A stretch of DNA of 64,000 bases, from assembly GCA_964057225.1 (NCBI GenBank), contig OZ059894.1, forward strand, positions 10,788,001 through 10,852,000, in the 5' to 3' direction. Made by a program: the position numbers and the translations under genes. Positions 41,001-54,451 of the stretch are shown in pieces. A model generated the notes under the pieces. That model ran no database searches. It was not told the origin of the DNA and saw nothing but the letters and a program-made list of their open reading frames with translations. Source of the DNA: Auanema rhodensis. Taxonomy: Eukaryota > Animalia > Nematoda. Position 1 is the stretch's first letter; every line of letters starts with the position of its first letter.

Positions 41001-41671
41001 CTTCAGGATGATCTGAGAATGAGATAAGCACCTACAGCAACAATATTATCTCCTTCAAAGACACATGCTCTCTTTACGCTTTTAATATCACCACATACAT
41101 ACATACATATGTATATCTGCACCTTTTGTCATTTGATCTTTCAAATAATAAGAATAGTTTGATATATAAACTCAATCATAATCCATTTCAATCACTAACC
41201 GATTGTTGTATACAGCTGACCAGCATAAAACATACTACCTAGCCATGTCCAAGGTGTATCGTCAGTGCGTTCTTCTATTACCTGTGTTAAGTTCAGATGA
41301 TCTAGAAACCAATATAAAGCTTCTTTTGCATGGTGAATCTAAAATTTAGTAATTCTGCATGCTTAGTTGTTACTCAAACTTGTGCATCTCTGTCAGCTTT
41401 TAATAACACATCATGACATCTCACTTCCAACATACGCTCAAGAACCTGAAAGATGTAAAAAAAAAACTTTCTTTAGCTTTAATACCTGTTTCATAGCAAA
41501 GTTAGTTCTATTCCGGTAATTTTCTCTCATTTTTTCATCCCGTTCTCTTTCGAAGGCTTGAAAAATGAAAGCCCCTATTACTGTATATGATATCAAAGCC
41601 AAAAAGGGAAGCCAATAACTTAGATGAAACGTCTGATATAACCACTTTGTTCGGCGATATATTTGAAACAT
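38096..41671 (-). CDS. Two-pore-domain potassium channel (TWK family); many exons, 5' end may extend further
   Basis: TM1 YTVIGAFIFQAFE; pore 1 WTWLGSMFYAGQLYTTI/GYGYP; GRVATIFYILFGIP; pore 2 TVGLGDI; long C-terminal tail. Confidence 0.88.
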
Positions 41672-43513
41672 CTGAATTAGGATTATGACCCTAACCAAAA
41701 TTTGAAATCATTTTTGGGAAAATGAAGAATGATGGCAGCCTTATGCGGTCAAAGAGAGTTGAATGATCAAGAGATTAGAGAAACGAATTTGCATCTTTAT
41801 AAAACACAGGGGTTCTTGATTGGATCTATATCTTAACAACGTATTGTGCTAATAGCTAGAGAAAAAGAATTAAAATAGAGTCAGATGAAAAAAGATTAGG
41901 TTGACTTCCAGATATGGCATTTTGAAAACAACATACACCGATGGGTAAATAAATGGGAGGAAAGGCGAGAAAGAAAACCCAACCAATGGACTCACCGGAA
42001 AGATGATGAAATTGGTAAAATCAAAAGAAAACAACAAAATGTTCAGCTGTTTCACCAGAAGAGGGATGAAAGACTTTAGAGCAGAAAAATCCTAATTCTT
42101 TTCTTTTATCTTCATTTCTTTTTGTTTTTGCAACAGCTGACGATTCCAATTAATGTTCACCGATAGTTGGTTGAAAGATGAAACATTCAAGATATCTTAA
42201 AAGGTAGATTTTTTAATTTTAACTTTTTTTATGTAGCCAACTAAAAGATAAAAAAGAAAATGTTATCTTTTCGAACTCCACCACATAATCGCAGTTTGAT
42301 CTTATTGAATGAACTTCCTTTTATAAACTGAGGTTGCAACAAAGAAATTGCCTATATTTCAAGTATTCACCCAACAAAGTTGTTGAAAATTCGTAAGCAT
42401 TCACGTTTTGAGCTTTATATGAAATACTATTATAAGAACAATTGTAGACAATTTATCATCAAGATATTACAACTTTTCACTTTTTTTCAATGTGCATGGA
42501 TCAACCAGGAATTCGGATTTTTACTTTAGTTTTTTTGAATTTAAAAGCAATTTATTCAATTTTTAAAAAAATTTATATTTATATAGTTTTGCAAAAAAAA
42601 TCAGAATTCTTACCTTTTCAAAGATTGATATTAAAAAATAATTTAAAGTTATTATGTTACCAAGAAGCGTACGTATTTAACCAATTACCTGGAAACTAGT
42701 TTGAATTTTTGTCACATAATTTAGACTTTAGATCCTGGCCAATTAAGATGAAAAAATTATATATAATATTCAGACTTTTATGGTTTTTTAATTAATTGAA
42801 AACATTTTTTTCGCCAAATTCGGTACATTAAAAGAAACAAGTTGATGGAATTGTATTAGTAGTTACATAAACATCTTTTAAAATAAATATGAGAACATAA
42901 GAAATTGCAGAAGTGTGAAGAAACGATTTAAAGAAAATCGTAAAGAAAACAGCAGAAAACCCAATGATATCTTCTTTCCCTCCACTTAGCTCCACCCTAT
43001 CTCTCATATTCTTCAGCTTTCTTTTTTGTTTTAATATAAACCTAAAATTGCCCTAGGGTATTCTCACAACATTTAATAAAAATCAAATACATTTAAATGA
43101 GCGAAGTTCGGGAGAAAGCGCTAGAGTTATAAGAAGTAGGTAGCTTTATATTGATAAATAAATGAAATGAAAAAATAGGTAGTTATATTCGGCACATCAT
43201 CGGGAAGTTAAGAATAAGGCGGAAAATAGAAAATTTTCAGTTTAATTTGTTCGTAGTAAAACTAATTTTTTAAAGTTTCATTCATGTTCCTGCTACGAGT
43301 ATTATACAAAAAGCACACGCTGAAAAACGTAGCTTGACCCAAAAGCAACAGACAGGAGGGATTCAATGCTTAAGCCTGATAGATTATTTTTCTTGAAAAT
43401 CTGACAATACAATTTGTTTTTGTCATTTTTTCCTTATTAGCTATAAACGCTTACTATTTCCATTTTTAATTCTTCATATACATATTATACAATATACATT
43501 TATGGGTAATAAA

Positions 43514-44250
43514 TTAGCGTTGTTGTATTTGAATATGAAATTTCACAGATGGTAAAGACTCAACTGTAGGAGTGACGACAGATTGAATATTCAAGTTTGC
43601 TAGAGCACCACGAATAATACCACTGGGCATAGCTAAGTAGGACCCAGATTCCTTCACGAACTGTGAGCCTTCTGATAAATGTAATAGCACATTGAACTTA
43701 TTGTCCTGGACTACATAGACTCCCTAATATACAAAGAAATAGATTAGAGTACATATTACTGATTACTTGATGATTGGTTCTTAAATTATCCACTTGTTTC
43801 CCAAAAGCAGCAGTCCAAAACTCTTTACATATAAATTTAACAATCTTAAGAACAGTATTTTTGGCACAGTTTCACTGTATATTTATACCTCTAATTCATT
43901 TAAAAGCCTGCCTGAATCTTTCGCCAATTTTTCAGCCAATACATAACCTACGCGATAGCCAATAGACTCTAATTGAGTCTCAAGATTGTTCTGAGAACAT
44001 TGAACAAAAAATATATAACAAAATATAATAACCTACAAATGCAAAGGCTTGATGAACAACAGAAGTATAACTCTCCAGTGAAGGATTGTCGGTGCAGGAA
44101 TCCGCAATCTTTAAAGCAATATTATAAAGATCTTTGCTGTTTTTCAACCTTGTTCCATTGATTTTTTGCAGTATTTCTCCGTTCTTCACTTTCCTTACAA
44201 TAACTAACAATTTCAGCATGCAGCAAATCAAATGGAAAAACTGCTCCCAT
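43514..44250 (-). CDS. trpp-6: TRAPP complex subunit 6 (Trs33)
   Basis: FDLLHAEIV; LESIGYRVG; KFICKEFWTAAFGKQVDNLRTNHQGVYVVQD; GIIRGALANL. Confidence 0.92.
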
Positions 44251-44422
44251 AGTCGAAACTAAAACGTTGATTAAAAACTTGTACAAATATATCAATGAGT
44301 TATTCTAACACTTTAAATATTCTAAATATTGTCATTTATGGATAAAATTATAAAGCAAGCCCGTTTTTCATCAAATAGCTGAAATAAGCCACTCTTTTCG
44401 CTGTGGGACCAATATTATCTAC

Positions 44423-44446
44423 GCGCGCGAAACTGCAAAATTTGAA
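44423..44446 (+). promoter_or_regulatory. Candidate E2F/DP plus CHR (DREAM/DRM) element in a bidirectional promoter
   Basis: GCGCGCGAAA followed by TTTGAA in the ~250-bp gap between trpp-6 and him-10. Confidence 0.5.
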
Positions 44447-44501
44447 TGTTTTCACTAATATCATTGGGAGTTGTTGCTTTCTATAGTCTCCCTGGTTGAA
44501 C

Positions 44502-46435
44502 ATGGATAACATTCGTTCTATATGTGACACTATAAATTGTATGCTTGATTTAGATTTGAAAATAGAAGATATATTGAATCCCGAGGTTAGTTTAATATTG
44601 AGTTATTTTTTTAAATTGACGAATGTCAGTCTGAACGCCTGCAACATGTTCTTCGTACTTTCCTGGTGGCGACCATGAATATACCTGAAAGTTCTCTCAT
44701 CAATTTACCTCTATTGGATTTCGACGCTTCTGATTTTCAAGAAACTCATACCCGATCAATTCCTGTCGCTTTACTTTATGTTACAATGTAATATTCAGAA
44801 AAACTATATATTAGTTATTTTAAAAAAGTATTTCAGGAATAGTTTTGTCACGGACTTTTCCACTGATCCAAATACTGTTCTATCATATTGTGACTTGGTT
44901 AGCCCAGAACCAAAGATGACAAGAAAGCTAATGTATTTAGTCTCAGAGTTTTTGAAGTTTCATTCAGTATATTTGAAAATTCATAAGTCCAATCAAGCAA
45001 TTTTTTTTTAGAAATATGATAAAATTTTTGCTGAGGTTTCAAAAACACATGAAGGACAGAGAAAACAACTGGATGATACTCTAAACCTCGTAAATTTTAA
45101 TAATTTGATTCATACATATCAGTTTTTTAAAGATTGAAAGGGAAGAGAAAAGAAAAGCTGCTTTAAGAGCTCAAGAAGACAGTAGAAAGAGGAAAGAAAA
45201 TGCTGTATGAATTTTTTATAACTAAATGTTACTCGTACTTTTACAGCTCTTGGTTCAAGTGGGCCAGAAAACCAATCAACTTCAGCAGTTGTTGAAACAA
45301 GCTGAAGTGTACGAAGGTAAAAGAGATGAAGCTGTTCGCACTATTGAAGAAAAAAAAAGCGAGAAGGTTTTAAGTTGTTGAAATTATTAAATTATACGCT
45401 TGATTATTTGAAGAGTGAACTACTTTTGGTCAAAGAAGATTTGTCTGCTCAATTAGATCATGTTTCAAAGGGTATTATAAAATCCCCGGAAAGAGTGACA
45501 TCTGAATTACGCCAACAGAGAGAAAATTTAAATGATCTAAGAGAAGATTGTAAGAATACAAGGTTTGTGTCCACAGAAGTATTTGTGTGAAATACAAAAA
45601 AATTCACAGAAAAAAGTTTAACGAAATGAAAAGCCGAATTGATTTGGTTCCTAGTATTGAAAAACAGATTGATTCCCTTTGGGAAGAATATAGGAAACTG
45701 CCTAAACTACGCGTGAGTGGAGAAAAAAAAAGAAAAAATTATATTTAAATTTCAGACCGAATACGAGCAAACAAAGTCCGACAAGGAAGAAAATGAACGT
45801 AACTTAACTGAAGCAGAATGCAAATTAGCCCAAATTGTGGAATCAATTCAAGTTAAAAATTATGACTTATGGTTTTCTTTACTATATTTCCTTATAGAGT
45901 ATTGAAAGACAAATTGATGAAGTCCAAGAGTCCACCAAAAGAGATGAAGAATTTCACAATGAACGCTTAAGGGAACTGAACAATCGTTTAATTGAGCTAG
46001 AAAGTGACATTATTAATCTACGTGAAGTGAACAAAGATGCTAAGTCTGATATCAAAAAACGGCAGAAAGAGTTGGCTAATATTAAGGCTCAAAAAGGCTT
46101 ACTGGTCAAGCTTAAAATTATTTACATTTTTATGGTTATCAAATGTTTCAGATCAGAGAAACCGAAAATGAAATTTGTGGTATGGTAAAAACTTATAAAG
46201 ACATCATGCAGAGAGTTAGTTATTATTATTTTTTCTATATTAATATTTTTCTTTTCAGTGTACTAATGAAAAAGTTATTTTTGAAACGAATATGGAGAAA
46301 CTTAGATCTGTACTAAAAACGATGGAAGCTGCTTTTACGAGTAAGACTCGTTTAATTTGTATTCAACAATATTGTGATACTGTTTCAGGTGAAGATATCT
46401 TTGATATGACAATTGATGCGTCTATTATAATGTAA
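44502..46435 (+). CDS. him-10: Kinetochore protein Nuf2
   Basis: N-terminal CH-like region (DILNP, NIPESSLINLPL, CDLVSPEPK..RKL...SEFLKFH) resembles recalled HIM-10; followed by a long coiled coil containing IIKSPER. Start codon uncertain. Confidence 0.8.
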
Positions 46436-47363
46436 TTATATTTATGCAATTTTCTCCAAGATCAATTGAAATCTATTCTTGAATTATGCCATTGAGAATT
46501 CCTATTATTACTTTCCAGGACTAATCTTCTTGTATCTCATTTTTAAACATAATCTAATAAAAGTACTATTCTTTTAACTGTTATTATTGATCAACTTTTA
46601 ATTGAACATCTGATAAATTTAAGTTGGTAAATATAAACTACCTCGAGTCAGACATCAAAAGGATATCATATCACGTAAGGATTAAAAAGTAATAATACAG
46701 TCGTTCATGTTGGATTTGTTTATACAAGTGTGTGAAAAGTTAGAAACCAGGTCGTTCAATGTTTGCACTCTGAGTTTTTATGAACGGTTTTATTTTAAAT
46801 TTTATTAATAGTCAAAATACTCTGTTCGCTATCACTCTCGTAAACGAATGCTATATTGAAGGATAATATCTTAGCATCCTTCAATAATAGGAATATTTAT
46901 TCTAGGTCGATTTAAATGTTACAATTGTTTTATAAATAATATTAAATTCAATTTTGTTTTAGTTCTATTATATAGCAGTTTAAAAGAATTAACTGTAAAT
47001 CTAGGAGAAGGCGTCAGTTCAATTGTTCAAAGACGTTTCCTCTTTAAAATTCCATTCTGCTTGAAGTGCGCTCCAACTATTACGCTATAAAATATCTTCC
47101 AATGCAGTGATGAATCAACTTTGTGCATCTTTTGTATAACTTCTTTGTATTGTTATTGTTTTACTTCAATCCGCACATCCACATTTTTAGTATTGAGTAG
47201 TTATCATCTATATTTAATAATAGAAGAACATTTGAAAAAAATTTCTGCTCATTAGATACTTAATTCTTCTTTTTATTTTCTTAAATGGTATTAAGCAAAT
47301 TCATCTTCAAAACGTATTTATTTATGTTATTATTAACTTCATTCTATGATGTTTCAGTTGGAA

Positions 47364-48204
47364 ATGTTCAGAGCAGACAATGGATATGAATCATTATTGG
47401 ATGTTTGTGTAAATTCTGCAATGGCTTCTTGTAGAAATATGACAGCAGAGCAATTAAGTGAGCTTCTTCATAATGATACAGCTATTGATGATATCATTCA
47501 TTCTTTACCTCAGGTATTTGTACTATTTGTTTATTTGTGTGATGAAGTATACTTATATTTTAGGTGAAAAATTTGCCATCCGAAAGAGAAATGGGACTTT
47601 CAGAAAATAAGGCGTTAGCAGAGTGGAACCTGGCGCAACAACCTAGATTAGAGAAATTAAAAGAGAAGGTATTTGTTTCTAGAAAATTTTATGAGATTAC
47701 CCGTTGTCAACTATTCAGATGAAAACTACCTATGCTACAGCTTCAAAGCTACAGGATGACGTTGCTGTACTTAAGTCTAAACTTGGTATCAATAAATTTT
47801 TTATAAATTTATAAAGTTGTTTTTTTTTTTTGATGTGGACGGTGGATCACGATCTTTGGATATTGTGAATAATTTATTAATGGTTGCCGCTCAAGAAGCT
47901 GATGACGATGCTGAGGTGTTATTATCTTTTAAAATTTAATTATTATTTTATTTTAGGGAGTTGCTCGAGAGTTTTATGACAGCAATAAATCTGTAGATCT
48001 TTTTTTGAAAGAATTTTTGGAGAAGAAAAAGGTGGCTCATTTGAGGTAATAATTAAGGATTTTATTAGTTATTAAATCTTTTTTTAAAGGAAAATTAAAT
48101 CGGAGAGGCTAAATAGTATACTAAGAGATCAACAATATTCACAGCCTTATGGATTTGGCCAATCAGCTCCTTACCCCGATATACCGAAACACCGCATGTT
48201 TTAA
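47364..48204 (+). CDS. vps-37: ESCRT-I subunit Vps37 (Mod(r) domain)
   Basis: NKALAEWNLAQQPRL; AAQEADDDAE; FLKEFLEKKKVAHLRKIKSERL; Pro/Tyr tail. Confidence 0.88.
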
Positions 48205-48357
48205 TATTTGCGAAATCATGTAATTCTCTTGTAAATATGCTAAAGTAAACATTAAATTTGCTTTCGTGGGATAAAATCTGAAAATATGTCTAGATCATAA
48301 TTATTTTTACCTCTCATAAACTTATTTTTACAATTTCATAGTTCCTTGCAGAAGAAT

Positions 48358-49040
48358 ATGTTACTTAGATGTATTGCCCGAATAGGTAGCGCTAAAAGAT
48401 TTGCTTCTCTTAGGTCAATAGCAGGAGAACAAGATTCTTCATTACTATATGAACCAAAGTTTGTAGATCCTAGGGAATTCCCAGAGTAAACAAATGATAT
48501 GCGCATATTTTCAATTTACTGTTATTTTATAGTCATGATGTATTGAATATTCGCCTTCAAAGTCTTGATTATGTTCCATTGGAAAAATTCCAATCCTATG
48601 CTGATAGAATGGCCAAGAAATTTGGTTTCACTGTTATTGACAGGTACTAAATTCAATTTAACAGCTGTTTTTGAAATTATTAGTTTAGTTATGCAGCTGC
48701 AAGTCAAACTGAAAAGGCTATTACCTATAAACCGAATAGCACAGTAGTAGATAATGAGATGGAATTGTCCCATTATGATAGGTTCGAATACTTGAGTTGC
48801 AGTCGCTCTATCAGAGTTTTCAGAGTTGTCCGGATTGGTAACGTACCCGCTCCACAATTGCAACTTTATGTAAATTTACTGCACACTCATGCTCCAGCAG
48901 GAGTTAGGATTACAGTGAAATCACATGAGAAAATGGATGAAGATTATAGATACATACCTGATATTCTTCTAAAGCAAAAACAAGAAGAATTGAAAGCTTT
49001 AGATGATCCAAATGTTCGAAGAAATCTCGGTTGGGAATAA
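48358..49040 (+). CDS. mrpl-48: Mitochondrial ribosomal protein mL48 (S10-like fold)
   Basis: Arg-rich presequence; LNIRLQSLDYVPLEKFQSY; YDRVVRI; PAGVRITVKSH; YRYIPD. Confidence 0.85.
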
Positions 49041-49190
49041 AAACTCTGTTGTTGATATTGTCATAGTTTATTAATTAGTGAAGATTTTGATTTACTGATG
49101 TTTTGATGTTACTGCTCTCATCAGTCTTGATATTCATATGAAACTTACTTTAATGTATTATCAAATTCAGATTTCTTTAAAGCTTGTGAC

Positions 49191-50417
49191 ATGAGTTCTA
49201 TACTCAGATCAACATGTTTAGAACTTGTAGATATTGGAGCTAACTTAGGGCATCACTTATATACCGCTGATTTGAATCTCGTATTAGAGAGAGCTCAACA
49301 AGCTGGTAACTCTCTCGTAATTTTTACAAATCATTTTCAAACTTAGGTCTCAGCAAGATAATAATAACGGGAACTAGTGTGGAAAAAAGTAGAGAAATTA
49401 TCCCTCTAGTAGAAAAAAATCCGGGATACTTGTACTTTACTGCCGGTAAATTGTTTTTTCTTTGCAAAAGTCTTATTGTTCCTGGAAAGGTGTTCATCCG
49501 CATGATGCAAAAGATTTCCCTGAGAATGGCATTATTGAATTAAAAAAATTACACGAACATCCGCAATGTGTTGCTGTTGGTGAATGTGGACTTGATTATA
49601 ACAGAAATTTTTCACCACAAGATGTACAAAGAGATATCTTCCGGAAGCAAGTTTGTGAAAAATTGTAATACATTTTCTATTTTCTTGTTTTAGTTGGAAT
49701 TAGCCTGTGTATTGAAACGCTCATTATTCATACACGAAAGAGATGCTCATGAAGATATGGTGAAAATCTTAACCGAAATGGGTGAAAGGTTAGATCATAG
49801 ATGATCAAATAAAATCAATATAAAATATTTTTAGATTACCTCCCGCCGTCATACATTGCTTCACTGGTACAGCTGATGAAGCTAAAAAATATATAGACAT
49901 GGGCTTTTATATTGGACTAACTGGTTTCTAGGCATACTTTATTAACAGAAGTATTTCATTTTAGGATTTTTATGGAAAGATCGAGCAGAAAATGGTGTAC
50001 AGTATTGTCTCAAGAATGGTATAATACCTCTGGATCGGTTATTAATCGAAACTGATGCACCTTATATGTATCCAAAAGTATTTTATTTTTTCATTTATTT
50101 TTTTGATGAAATTTTATTTCAGATCAATGACAAAAAATTGTCAAAAGATCTTCAACAATGCTTTACGGAAGAAGCGAAATCTCTTCACAAAGTATCTGAA
50201 GAGAACATCTAATTTGATAAAATCTTATTTTCAGTTTTCTTCTTTTTCGAGAAATGAGCCCTGCTCTTTAGCTGTGATATGTGAGATGATAGCGTTTTTG
50301 ATGGGAAAGGATCCTAAACAGGCTAGTTCCATATCTATTGATTGTTTTTATCTTTCTCTTTATTAGGTAGCAGAAGTAACCACAGCCAATGCTAAGCGCA
50401 TCTATGGACTTGATTGA
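49191..50417 (+). CDS. crn-2: TatD-family DNase
   Basis: DIGANL, ITGT, FTAGVHPHDAK, VAVGECGLDYNRNFS, LFIHERDAH, VIHCFTG, LLIETDAPYM, RNEPC. Confidence 0.92.
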
Positions 50418-50548
50418 TAGATTGTCATATTTTTGAAATTTCCTCTGTTTTCTTTTGTTTTTTGTTTTGAACTTTCTTGGGTTATTACCTTTATCTCTTT
50501 CTAATACTATCAGTTGTGATTCATTGTTAATCTGCACTTAAGGTAGAT

Positions 50549-52648
50549 ATGAATACTTTATGGGAGAAAAGTGTTAGTTCAGGTGAAGGAAGAAATCTTC
50601 TGAGATTAATGCTTAAGCATGAGGTTTAAACTATATTACAGTAATTCTAGTACTGTCAAATGTCTTTGAAGGTATTCAAGTTTGGAAAATTTGAATTGAA
50701 AAGTGGACAAATTTCCCCAATTTATATTGATTTACGGGAATGTTTTGGATTTCCAGAACTGATGGTAATATCTTAATTTGTAAATGTACTTTGGTAAAAT
50801 TAATAGGAATTGGCTTCGAAATGTCTTCAAAATTTAATTTCAAATAGTGGAGCACAATTTCGAGGAATTGTCGGAGTTCCCTACGCTGCTTTGCCATATT
50901 CATCGGTATATAATGTAGATAACATGTTATAAAAGCAAAAAACTTTAGATTGTGTGTCAAAGTTTAAAAGAACCCTTAATCATTATCAGAAAGGAAGCCA
51001 AATCGTATGGAACCAAGAAGCTTATCGAAGGTTTTGTTGTTAAAAACATGTAGTGATAAATCACTATTGTAGGAAAATATGAACCTGGACAGAGGGTTAT
51101 CATTATCGAAGACGTAGTAACTACTGGTGGAAGTATTATTGGGGTTCGTAATGGTTTTAAAATTTTTGTCTTCAGCAGATTTATAGGTTGTTGATACACT
51201 CCGTGGTGACGGACTTATAGTTGAAGATGTCTTTTGCCTCTTAAATAGGGAACAGGGAGGTGCTGAAAAGCTTTCGGAACATGGCATTCGTCTACACAGG
51301 TGTACTATAGATTTGTAAAATGCAACAGAGTATTCTTTTCAGTCTTCTGGATATGCAAACCATCCTCTCTTTCCTCATATCTGTGCAGAAGATTGATCAA
51401 AACACGTGGAATGAGATTGTTCAGGTAAGATAATTTAGATCGTTCATATCAAGCTAGGGATTTAGGCATTGAACCTACCCTTCACGAAAGCCCATGTTTT
51501 CACGATATCTACTGATTTAGAAGATACTTCATGCCTCCCTAAAATTGGATCTGTAAATAATTTTATTTATTGATATGTATATATAGACATAAAATATTAC
51601 AGGGAAGGCTACCTTTAGGTGAAAGATCTCGAGAGAACACCTCTGCTTTAAACAGGCAATTATTCTCTTTGATGCTTAAAAAAGAATCCAATCTATGTTT
51701 AGCAATTGATTACACTGAAACCGAGAAAGTTTTAGAGGTACTAGTTTGAGACCGTTTTATGATATAAATAGAAATGTTATAGCTGGCTGATAAAGCTGGT
51801 CCATTTGTTGTATCCATTAAGATTCATTCTGATATCATAGTTGATTTCAATGATAAATTTATTGAAAAATTTGTTGAACTATCAAAGAAGCACGAATTCT
51901 TGATATTTGAAGACAGGTAGTTCTTTTTTTATCATAAATTCATATAAAGTATTTATCAGAAAGTTTGGAGATATTGGAAATACTAATCTTCTTCAACTCA
52001 AAGGAGCTCACAAAATTGCTGAATGGGCCGACATTGTCACCGTTCATGCAGTCCAAGGATGTGACAGTATTAGTGGAGTATTCAGAGAGGTGATTGTTCA
52101 GCGCTCTGAAGATTCGTAATATTTAATCTTTGAAGATTATTAATGATTCATCGTATCGCTTGAAAGGAATTCTACTTATTGCACAACTCAGCTGTAAAGG
52201 AAATCTTACAAGTTTGAATGGCTATACTGAATGTTTGTTATTCAAATATTAAATTTATATTGATAAAAAATAACTTCAGATGTTTCCGAAATTGGATCTG
52301 AAAATAACGATGTGGTTTGTGGATTTATCTGTCAGAATCGTATTTCTTCCAATAGTGATTTGTTGCATTGGACACCTGGTTTCGTTTCTCTATCTATTAT
52401 ATATTAGATATAATACTTACAGGAGTTAACATTGATGCTCAAAGTGATAATGCTGGACAGAAATGGAGAGGTGTTGAAACGGTATGATTTTCCCTTCACT
52501 TACAAATTTGACCTCATAACAACATTAGGCTATAATTGAACAACAAAATGATATTATTATTGTTGGACGAGGAGTAACTGGTAGTTCTCAACCAATTCAG
52601 GAACTGAAAAGATATCGAGAAGCTGGTTGGGCTGCTTTAACCGGATAA
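50549..52648 (+). CDS. umps-1: UMP synthase (OPRT-OMPDC fusion)
   Basis: FKFGKFELKSGQISPIYIDLR, GVPYAALP, RKEAKSYGTKKLIEG, IIEDVVTTGGS; KESNLCLAID, KIHSD, FEDRKFGDIGNT, TPGVN, IIIVGRG. Confidence 0.95.
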
Positions 52649-53933
52649 AATTTTAAAATGTGTTGTCTGCTCTATTCATTTTGACATGTGGATATTATAT
52701 GTTCATGTTCGTAGCATTTCATTTTGTATTGTTTTTGTTGTTTTTTTACGATTAAATTAGTAATAAAGTTAAAAGTTTCATCTATAGTCAAACATTTTGC
52801 TATGAATTCTTCTTCGTTCATTTACACAGTTTTAAAACAAATTTCATATATCATAATATTGCCGTTCTCTACCAACGCTGTTAGCTACTAGTTTCAATGA
52901 CGCTTCTTCCTATTTGGTCAGATTATAGGCAGTTATCCTACTTAAGAGCTTATGCAATTTCAACGTTCCTTTTTGATATTTGTCATATGTTAAAATTGTT
53001 TCTATTATATTATCTTGTGAAACTGATGGTAAGAGAACTAGTATTTTAAGTTCACTACATGATTGCTAGTATAAACGTTGCTATACTCTCTTAGAGATTA
53101 GCCCAGCTTTCAATTGTCAAACCATACAATATAATGAAAGTGAATATAATAGCTTTCAGTGAAGATTTCGACGTTCAAATTCAGAGAAAATGAAGGATTT
53201 GTGGAAATTTCCTTTTCCGGAAAATAAGAATGCTTAGCAAAAGGCCTATATGTATTTTCTATATACATCTCTTTTTTAGATGAGTGGCTATTGCTCGACA
53301 ATTTCGGTTTAAAATAAACAATTAAGTCTTCTCTATTGTTTTATTTTCAAGAACAACATGACAAATCAAATAAAAAATGAAAGTTGACAACCTTACTAAG
53401 CTGATACTTTGCTACATGGGTTCAAAAACAGGTTATATGCCATGTATGGCATTAGAGTGAAAGTGATAATCTGTATGGTTTTTTCCGACTTTGACAAAAC
53501 ATCTGGTTTTCTAATACATAAATGGTCGGATTAGAGACTTAAAAAAATACAGTTTTGCCTCAGGCAATAGTGAGCAGTAACTCTTTGAAACGTGTTTGTT
53601 TCATAATCTTTTTATCCTTTTCATAGGTATAAAAGAGACTGTATATTTCACTTGAGTGGTCCAATAAGTTTCGGATCTATTCTTGCATGAAAGTGTTTTT
53701 GTGCAATTTACTAGAAATCAATCATTTTTATATTTATAATTTCTGTAACTAGCTAGTTAAGCTTTGCACCACTTGTCTCTTTCTATATCAGGTTATTTTT
53801 AACTGAAGGGGATGTAAATTAAAAACTAGACTCATTTTTAAAATACCAGTTTGTCACATTCATCTCTTCGCTCTATGTATTTTAGTAATATATTTTTGAT
53901 ATTGCAGTCTAATATTTTAGAACTTTCTTCACT

Positions 53934-54451
53934 ATGTCCATCAACAGTACTATATTAATATGTTTAATTGCTGTCAGCTTTACTATGTAAGTTATTATTT
54001 CAACTTGTTTATTATTAATTTATAATCTTCAGGGCTGCTCCTATGTCTAGTTATAACTCTTACGGAATGGGCCTTGGATCATATGGTGGCATGGGTATCA
54101 AGACACTGAAAAAATAGCTCATTTGTTAAAAATGATTTTAGGATCCAATATGGGATTGGGCTCTATGTATGGTATGGGTGGTGGCTATCCCGGTATGGGA
54201 CCAATGGGAATGGGGCCAATGGGCTTTGGATCTATGGGTTTAGGTACAGTTGTTTGCACATTCATTGTTATGGAAAACATTATAGGATCTTATGGAATGT
54301 CTGGTTTACCAATGGGAGGCTATGGAGGAATGGGATCATATGGTAAGTGCTAGATGTTCAGAAAATTCTAAATACTGTCATCATCGCAGGTTCTGGAATG
54401 TCATCTTACAACATGGGACTAGGTTCAATGTCTCCATATTTGAAAAGATAA
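53934..54451 (+). CDS. Small secreted Gly/Met/Tyr-rich protein (5 exons)
   Basis: Signal MSINSTILICLIAVSFT; GMG/YGG repeats; ends YLKR*. Confidence 0.75.
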
